DNA of 23,183 bases, taken from Promethearchaeota archaeon. Its GTDB lineage: Archaea > Asgardarchaeota > Lokiarchaeia > Sigyniarchaeales > SOKP01. The stretch covers positions 1 through 23,183 of the forward strand of contig JBHLNT010000061.1 of NCBI GenBank assembly GCA_048941265.1, read 5' to 3'. This document shows, in pieces, positions 18,248 through 23,183 of this stretch. The translations under genes were made by a program, and so were the position numbers. A model generated the notes under the pieces. It saw nothing but the letters and a program-made list of their open reading frames with translations, ran no database searches and was not told the DNA's origin. Numbering within the stretch: position 1 is the stretch's first letter; every line of letters begins with the position of its first letter.

Positions 18248-18697
18248 TCAGAATAAATCTAAGAGTGGTTTTACTTTCTTTTTACCCTCGGAATCTTGAA
18301 TAGCTTTTAAAATTATTTTAGCTAATTCTTTTTTCTTTTGAAAATATATTCTCATCATTTCTTGATTAGATTTATCAGGATATCTTAATGATAGAGCATA
18401 ATCCCTATTAGGACATCCACCACGTCTCATACAACAATAAGAAAGCGATCCAAAACACACAAAATCAGAATCCCAATCATTTTCTTTGGAAAATTTTTCT
18501 TTTATTTCCATAAATCTTTCCGGTGAAATCCCTAATTCTCTTAAAGTTTCATCCCTTTTACATTTAAAGGCATAAGTCAATGAATGTCCTGGTTTACAAC
18601 AAAAAGTTAGCGCTCGAAAATCACCTCCCATACAAATAGGTACGGGAGCATTTTTTTCCCACCCTGGTACATCTCTAATTTTATCTTCATTTAACAT
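18248..18697 (-). CDS. Methanogenesis marker 9 domain-like Cys-rich protein
   Basis: W..AP..IC.GGD.RAL.FCC and CFGSL.YCC...C..RD.AL motifs as recalled for the marker-9 domain; two internal 4-Cys repeats. Confidence 0.75.
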   Translation of the reverse strand: MLNEDKIRDVPGWEKNAPVPICMGGDFRALTFCCKPGHSLTYAFKCKRDETLRELGISPERFMEIKEKFSKENDWDSDFVCFGSLSYCCMRRGGCPNRDYALSLRYPDKSNQEMMRIYFQKKKELAKIILKAIQDSEGKKKVKPLLDLF

Positions 18698-18831
18698 AGG
18701 GCGTTATACTTTACTTATACCTTTAATAACATTATGCCAAGTTGTATATGAAAATTGTCATATAGATTTTAATTTTTCATTTTTAACAGTAAAATCATTA
18801 AAACCTAAAACATGATGATAATAATAAAGAG

Positions 18832-18933
18832 GGCCTCGGGGGGGAATTGAACCCCCCTCTAAGGATTCACAGTCCTCAATATTAGGCGTTTTGGCTTAAA
18901 AACCAGAACTCTAACCACTGTACTACCGAGGCC
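18832..18933 (-). tRNA. trnH: tRNA-His(GUG) with encoded G-1 and an intron of about 29 nt in the D-arm (approx. 18882-18910)
   Basis: Acceptor GCCTCGG/CCGAGGC with extra 5' G and C discriminator; anticodon arm GAGGA-CTGTGAA-TCCTT (GTG at 18870-18868); T-arm GGGGG-TTCAATT-CCCCC; D-arm GTAC-AGTGGTTA-G/TAT interrupted by an insertion; no encoded CCA. Confidence 0.92.
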
Positions 18934-19006
18934 ATAATAACAGTATTCTTTCTAAGAAACTATTAATTATAATGCATATTATTAAAAAAATTTTATCTAA
19001 ATTTTC

Positions 19007-19573
19007 TTAATTCTTATTTACAACTCCTATTAAATAGTTTAAAAATTGTTCAATAGCATCTTCTAAATTACCTGAATTATCCACTACAAAATCGGCATCA
19101 GGTAATTTTTGATGGGTTCTTGCTCTTTCAATCCGTTCTTTCAATCTTTCTTCCGATTCCCTTCCTCTCTCTTTAATTCTCTTTACAATTTTCTCAAAAG
19201 GAACTTCGATAAAAATTACTTTTAAGTTCTTATATGCGTTACGGGCTTCATCAATTATAGTTCTGCTTACATTTACTACAACAGGATGCCCTTTCTTAAG
19301 CCACTCATCTATTTCGATTGGAACTCCATAGTCTAATCCATAGATATGCCATTTTATAGCGAATTTGCCCCGCCGTATCATTTTTTTAAAAGTTTCAGAG
19401 GTAAGATAAATATTGGATTCAAATTCGGAGGAGGGTCTTGTAATATATCTTTTTGGAACGTAAATTTCCCTTAAATTTGCCGGATATTTATCAACTACAC
19501 CAGATATTATTGAGTCTTTTCCCGAACCTGAGTTTCCCACTACTAAAAACAAAGTACCTGGAAGTCGTTTTAT
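19007..19573 (-). CDS. phnN: Ribose 1,5-bisphosphate phosphokinase (PhnN family)
   Basis: VVGNSGSGKDS, RYITR, WHIYGLDYGVP, VNVSR, RI.ERGRES, VDNSG.LE. The ORF track starts at TTG 19552, but the PhnN-like N-terminus (LPGTLFLVVG) and the RBS point to ATA at 19573. Confidence 0.85.
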   Translation of the reverse strand: MKRLPGTLFLVVGNSGSGKDSIISGVVDKYPANLREIYVPKRYITRPSSEFESNIYLTSETFKKMIRRGKFAIKWHIYGLDYGVPIEIDEWLKKGHPVVVNVSRTIIDEARNAYKNLKVIFIEVPFEKIVKRIKERGRESEERLKERIERARTHQKLPDADFVVDNSGNLEDAIEQFLNYLIGVVNKN

Positions 19574-19648
19574 AGTTCTTTCACCAAAATAAAGTTCTTC
19601 GAATTTTTTTATTTAAGAAAAAATAAAGTAAACAAATAAAAAAATTTT

Positions 19649-20380
19649 TTAAGACTTAATTAATCGATCTGCAATCCAATCCGGTAAAAGAAATCCTAAG
19701 TAGTATTCAAAAGCACTCATTATTAATACGGTTCTGATAATTGCTAATAAAATCGGATCCATTGGAATAGCTGCATCGAATATTGCTGCAACGGTAAAAG
19801 AAGTGAAACCTAAGAGTAAAAATTTACCTTTCAATTGGATTCTTTTATCCTCTGACCTAAGTGATTCTCTAGCGAGGAGGATGCCTGTTATAAGTGCTGT
19901 TAAAATTGCCAGAATTTGGTAGCTAAAAGGATATAGATTGTGCTCTGTATTAAATCTCGCTGTTTTACTCCCAATAATTTCTATATCAATAAAGAAGAAC
20001 ATAATTAAAAGAATCTCATAAGGTATAGAAATTATTAAGTATATTGTTAATAATTTTCGTTTCAATTGTGGATAAACAAGTTCAGAAAAAGAATAAACCC
20101 ATAATACTACAGCTACGGGTATAAAAATATTTCCTAAAAATAAATCCCAAAAGAGATCAATCTCTTGTTCAATAAACATATATATGAAAAAAGAGATTGC
20201 ATTTCCCCACCATGGCGAACTAAGAAAAATCCAGGTAAGTCCAACGGTGATAAGCACTTTATTTTTCAGTTTAAAATACTTTAAAAGTATTTTCAATCCT
20301 ACTATTAATGAAATTACTACAAAGATTAGACTAAAAGTTACTTGTATCAATTCAACTTGACTTAAAGATTCTAACCCCAT
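19649..20380 (-). CDS. Stand-alone 7-TM membrane protein (paralog family copy 2)
   Basis: Seven hydrophobic segments and the motifs shared with copies 1 and 3. Confidence 0.85.
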   Translation of the reverse strand: MGLESLSQVELIQVTFSLIFVVISLIVGLKILLKYFKLKNKVLITVGLTWIFLSSPWWGNAISFFIYMFIEQEIDLFWDLFLGNIFIPVAVVLWVYSFSELVYPQLKRKLLTIYLIISIPYEILLIMFFFIDIEIIGSKTARFNTEHNLYPFSYQILAILTALITGILLARESLRSEDKRIQLKGKFLLLGFTSFTVAAIFDAAIPMDPILLAIIRTVLIMSAFEYYLGFLLPDWIADRLIKS

Positions 20381-20494
20381 AAAATCATAACCAATAATCT
20401 AATTATTTTTTAAATTATATATATAATTTCACTTCTATTTATATTTACTTTCTCTATACAAATATACTATATAGATAAAAAAAATAATAGCTAT

Positions 20495-21229
20495 CTAATT
20501 ACCGAGTAGTAATTCCGCGATTTTATCGGGTAAAAGAAAACCAAATAAATAGAATATAGCACTTGATATTAAGATTAATCTAACGATAATCAATGTAAAT
20601 GGAGTTAAAGGAATAACAGCATCCATAAATGCGCCTATTGTAAAAGTGATAAACGCCAACATAAGAATCTTTCCCTTCAATGATACTTTTGCGTCATCTG
20701 CCTTCATAGAATTTCTAGAAAAGATAATTCCAGTAATAAAAGCTACTAAAACAGCGAGAACTTGGAAGATCATAATAATTAATGTAGGTTGCGCATAAAA
20801 GGTGCCGACAATAATGGCAATCGATGATGGATCTATTATTAAATAATATATAATATATACTTCATAAGGGAGATATATTATAAGAAATACAATTAAGAGC
20901 TTTTTTTTTAAATGGGGATATGCGAGTTCTGTAAACGAGTATATCCAGCAAAGTACTGCGATAGGAATGAATGCATTGCCAATAAAAATATATATCACTG
21001 GATTGAGTGTCTGTTGAACTAATATTATAGATAAAAAGCTAAAAGCTGAGCCCCACCATCCGCTACTCATAAATATCCATGTCAAACCTACGGTTAACAT
21101 TTCTTTTTTTCGGTAGGAAAAATATTTCAATAAAATACGAATTCCCACTAATAAAGAGATGATGATAAAAATGAGGGTAAAAGTACCGTGAATAATTTCT
21201 AATTGATCTAAGTCTGTTATTCTCATCAT
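20495..21229 (-). CDS. Stand-alone 7-TM membrane protein (paralog family copy 3, tandem with copy 2)
   Basis: Seven hydrophobic segments, shared motifs, AAGGA RBS-like sequence upstream. Confidence 0.85.
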   Translation of the reverse strand: MMRITDLDQLEIIHGTFTLIFIIISLLVGIRILLKYFSYRKKEMLTVGLTWIFMSSGWWGSAFSFLSIILVQQTLNPVIYIFIGNAFIPIAVLCWIYSFTELAYPHLKKKLLIVFLIIYLPYEVYIIYYLIIDPSSIAIIVGTFYAQPTLIIMIFQVLAVLVAFITGIIFSRNSMKADDAKVSLKGKILMLAFITFTIGAFMDAVIPLTPFTLIIVRLILISSAIFYLFGFLLPDKIAELLLGN

Positions 21230-21424
21230 AATTTCCTTTTTAAATAGGGTAACACATTATTATATAGAGAAATACTTAATCTAATATTTAAATTATCATT
21301 TTTTTAGGGAATGAATTCTAAAAGAATGGAGTGCTGCTTGAGTTTACTTAAATTTTTAAGAATTATAGGGGTTATAAATTATACAAGAAATATTAAATAA
21401 AGTCAGCACATTTTAATAATTTGA

Positions 21425-21847
21425 ATGAAAATGGGAAAAGTTGACCTTGAAGAAAATCCACTTGAAGATGTTCCGGAGAGTTATCAGAGATATTTAGACG
21501 AAATTTACAATATTTCTCGTAGAAAAAGAGGAGGTTGGGTTTCCAATAAAGAACTTGCAGAACAATTAAATGTAAAACCTGCCAGTGTTTCTGGAATGCT
21601 TATAAAATTGAAAGATAATGATTTAATAAAATGGGAGAGAAGAAAATCCATTAGATTGACTGAGAAAGGAAAGGAAATCGCATCTCATTTAAGTGAAACT
21701 CATTCACTTTTACGAAGATTTTTTGAAAAAGTGTTAAAAATTCAAGATACTGCTGTAATAGAAGATTTGGCCTGTGAAATAGAGCACCATATCACCCGAG
21801 ATGTACATGATTCCCTAAAAAAATTTTTAGATAAGTATTTAGAATAA
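21425..21847 (+). CDS. DtxR/MntR-family metal-dependent transcriptional regulator (no FeoA domain)
   Basis: YL..IY, ELAEQLNVKPASVSGML.KL, IRLTEKG, H.LL..FF, LACEIEHHI. The start may be the second ATG at 21431. Confidence 0.92.
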   Translation: MKMGKVDLEENPLEDVPESYQRYLDEIYNISRRKRGGWVSNKELAEQLNVKPASVSGMLIKLKDNDLIKWERRKSIRLTEKGKEIASHLSETHSLLRRFFEKVLKIQDTAVIEDLACEIEHHITRDVHDSLKKFLDKYLE

Positions 21848-21913
21848 ATTTCATTAATTTTTTATATTTTAAATTGGAATAGTAGAAATCAAAAATAAAT
21901 TGAGATAAAAAAA

Positions 21914-22675
21914 ATGTCTGAAGATTTAAAAGCTAAAATTTTAAAGGTGAAGCAAAACTTTACAAATTTTACTAGTTTTATTGAATTGGAAGATTTTAGA
22001 AGTTTTTTACTTTTCACTTTAACAAGTCAAATTCCAACTAATTTACTTGCTCAGATGGGATTGGGGGGAAGCAGAGATGTAATTAATTTACCTTATAATC
22101 CAAATTTTAAAATTTATTATCAAAAAATCAATTTGGTTATGGCAGGATCCTTAATTGTGTACGTTAAAAGCAATCCCATTAAAGACGAACTTGTGATTGG
22201 GAAAGATGACCCTGTTTTCAAAGATTATTTAAATGCTAACGAGATGAGTTTAGCTTTCCGGGGAAAAGAAAAATTCTTATTTCCTCACGTAAGCGATTGC
22301 AGCAGTTTTGAAATCGATGGAGATTCCCTTAATTTAACTGTACAAGTTGATGATTTATTTTACACCTTAGAGAGCTTTATCGCGATTCTCGAACCAAATA
22401 TATTATTTGTTTTAGATAATAAGGGAACTGAGCCTGATCTTTTATTCACTTTTAATATGATGCCCCAAATTCCTGGAAAGTTAAAAAAGAATATTCTGAA
22501 AATTGATGCTGTTTTGGATAATGAACATCTGACTAAAGATATAACATACATAAAGAAAGAAGAGGATTATAATCTTAAATTTATGAAGGATATTAAAGAA
22601 GTTAGCCATGCGGATCTCTATAAATCGTCATTTTCATTGGTAATCCATGTTAAATCTTTTAATAAGTCTTATTAA
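21914..22675 (+). CDS. Hypothetical protein (253 aa)
   Basis: Long ORF with typical composition, co-directional with the DtxR gene; no family recognised. Confidence 0.75.
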   Translation: MSEDLKAKILKVKQNFTNFTSFIELEDFRSFLLFTLTSQIPTNLLAQMGLGGSRDVINLPYNPNFKIYYQKINLVMAGSLIVYVKSNPIKDELVIGKDDPVFKDYLNANEMSLAFRGKEKFLFPHVSDCSSFEIDGDSLNLTVQVDDLFYTLESFIAILEPNILFVLDNKGTEPDLLFTFNMMPQIPGKLKKNILKIDAVLDNEHLTKDITYIKKEEDYNLKFMKDIKEVSHADLYKSSFSLVIHVKSFNKSY

Positions 22676-22879
22676 TCACTATTTTTAATAATCTATTTTT
22701 TATTTAGCTAATCTGACTTTTAGTATAGAATTACTTTATCATCACATAGCAACCTAAAATTAATATTCGTCTAAAATTAAGCCATTAATAGAATTAAGGG
22801 CTTAATAATGTCTTTTTATAAATTATCCGACAAAATATGTTAATTATACCTTAATAAATACATTAAAGATGATGTTCAA

Positions 22880-23083
22880 ATGAAGATAATTACCATAAAT
22901 TTGCCCGAAAAATACTTATCAGCTATTAAAATTTTAAATGATTTAGGGATCTATCCTTCTCGATCAGAAGCAATTAGAATTGCTTTGAGAGATTTTTTAA
23001 CAGAAGAATTAAAAATGTATGAAGAACTTGATGAGGAAAGTCTTGTTTATATGTTAAAAAGTAGATCTACTAAACGTATTTAA
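22880..23083 (+). CDS. Ribbon-helix-helix (CopG/NikR-like) transcriptional regulator
   Basis: MKIITINLPE..L..I..L...G.YPSRSEAIR.ALRDFL, the classic RHH strand-helix-helix pattern. Confidence 0.9.
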   Translation: MKIITINLPEKYLSAIKILNDLGIYPSRSEAIRIALRDFLTEELKMYEELDEESLVYMLKSRSTKRI

Positions 23084-23157
23084 AAAAAACTAGAATTTTT
23101 TCTTTATTTTTTAATTGAGTATTTAACTTTTTATTTTTTTTAATTGAATTATCGATG

Positions 23158-23171
23158 GTCGGTAAACCGAC
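23158..23171. repeat. Short palindrome GTCGGT-AA-ACCGAC
   Basis: Perfect 6-bp GC-rich arms within AT-rich intergenic DNA at the window end. Confidence 0.45.
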
Positions 23172-23183
23172 ATTATTTGAGAT

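Noticed and set aside
18698-18831. Integrated element at the tRNA-His 3' end
   Set aside because: No integrase gene and no duplicated tRNA 3' end (att site) seen in the window.
21302-21323. TTTTAG-N10-CTAAAA as a DtxR box
   Set aside because: Spacing is longer than typical boxes and the arms are low-complexity, so chance occurrence is likely.
23103-23147. Repeated TTTATTTTTT(TT)AATTGA as a CRISPR or tandem repeat
   Set aside because: Only two AT-rich imperfect copies; more consistent with terminator-like T-tracts.

Overview
AT-rich archaeal chromosomal window, most consistent with Asgard archaea (Lokiarchaeia-like). That assignment is an inference from archaeal Hsp20, Ftr, GGTGA/GGAGG ribosome-binding sites, an intron-containing tRNA, and several longin/roadblock-like and paralog-expanded genes. 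It holds about 21 protein genes. Metabolic: GH4 glycosidase, acyl-CoA ligase, a GlcD-like FAD oxidoreductase plus CCG-domain Fe-S protein operon, ftr, a methanogenesis-marker-9-like Cys protein, and an orphan phnN. Regulators: HxlR, DtxR/MntR and ribbon-helix-helix. Others: CPBP protease, two tandem transglutaminase-like genes, three longin/uDENN-like proteins, a BrxD/STAND-like P-loop ATPase divergent from hsp20, and tRNA-His(GUG) with a D-arm intron. The most notable signal is three paralogous stand-alone 7-TM proteins with predicted N-out/C-in, GPCR-like topology, a conserved cytoplasmic face and conserved membrane-embedded E/D/R/WW residues. Also notable are a repeated HxlR-type operator, a probable ATA start codon for phnN, and a palindrome between the ATPase and hsp20. 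No mobile element, CRISPR array or rRNA was seen. All calls come from manual motif reading, with no database searches.
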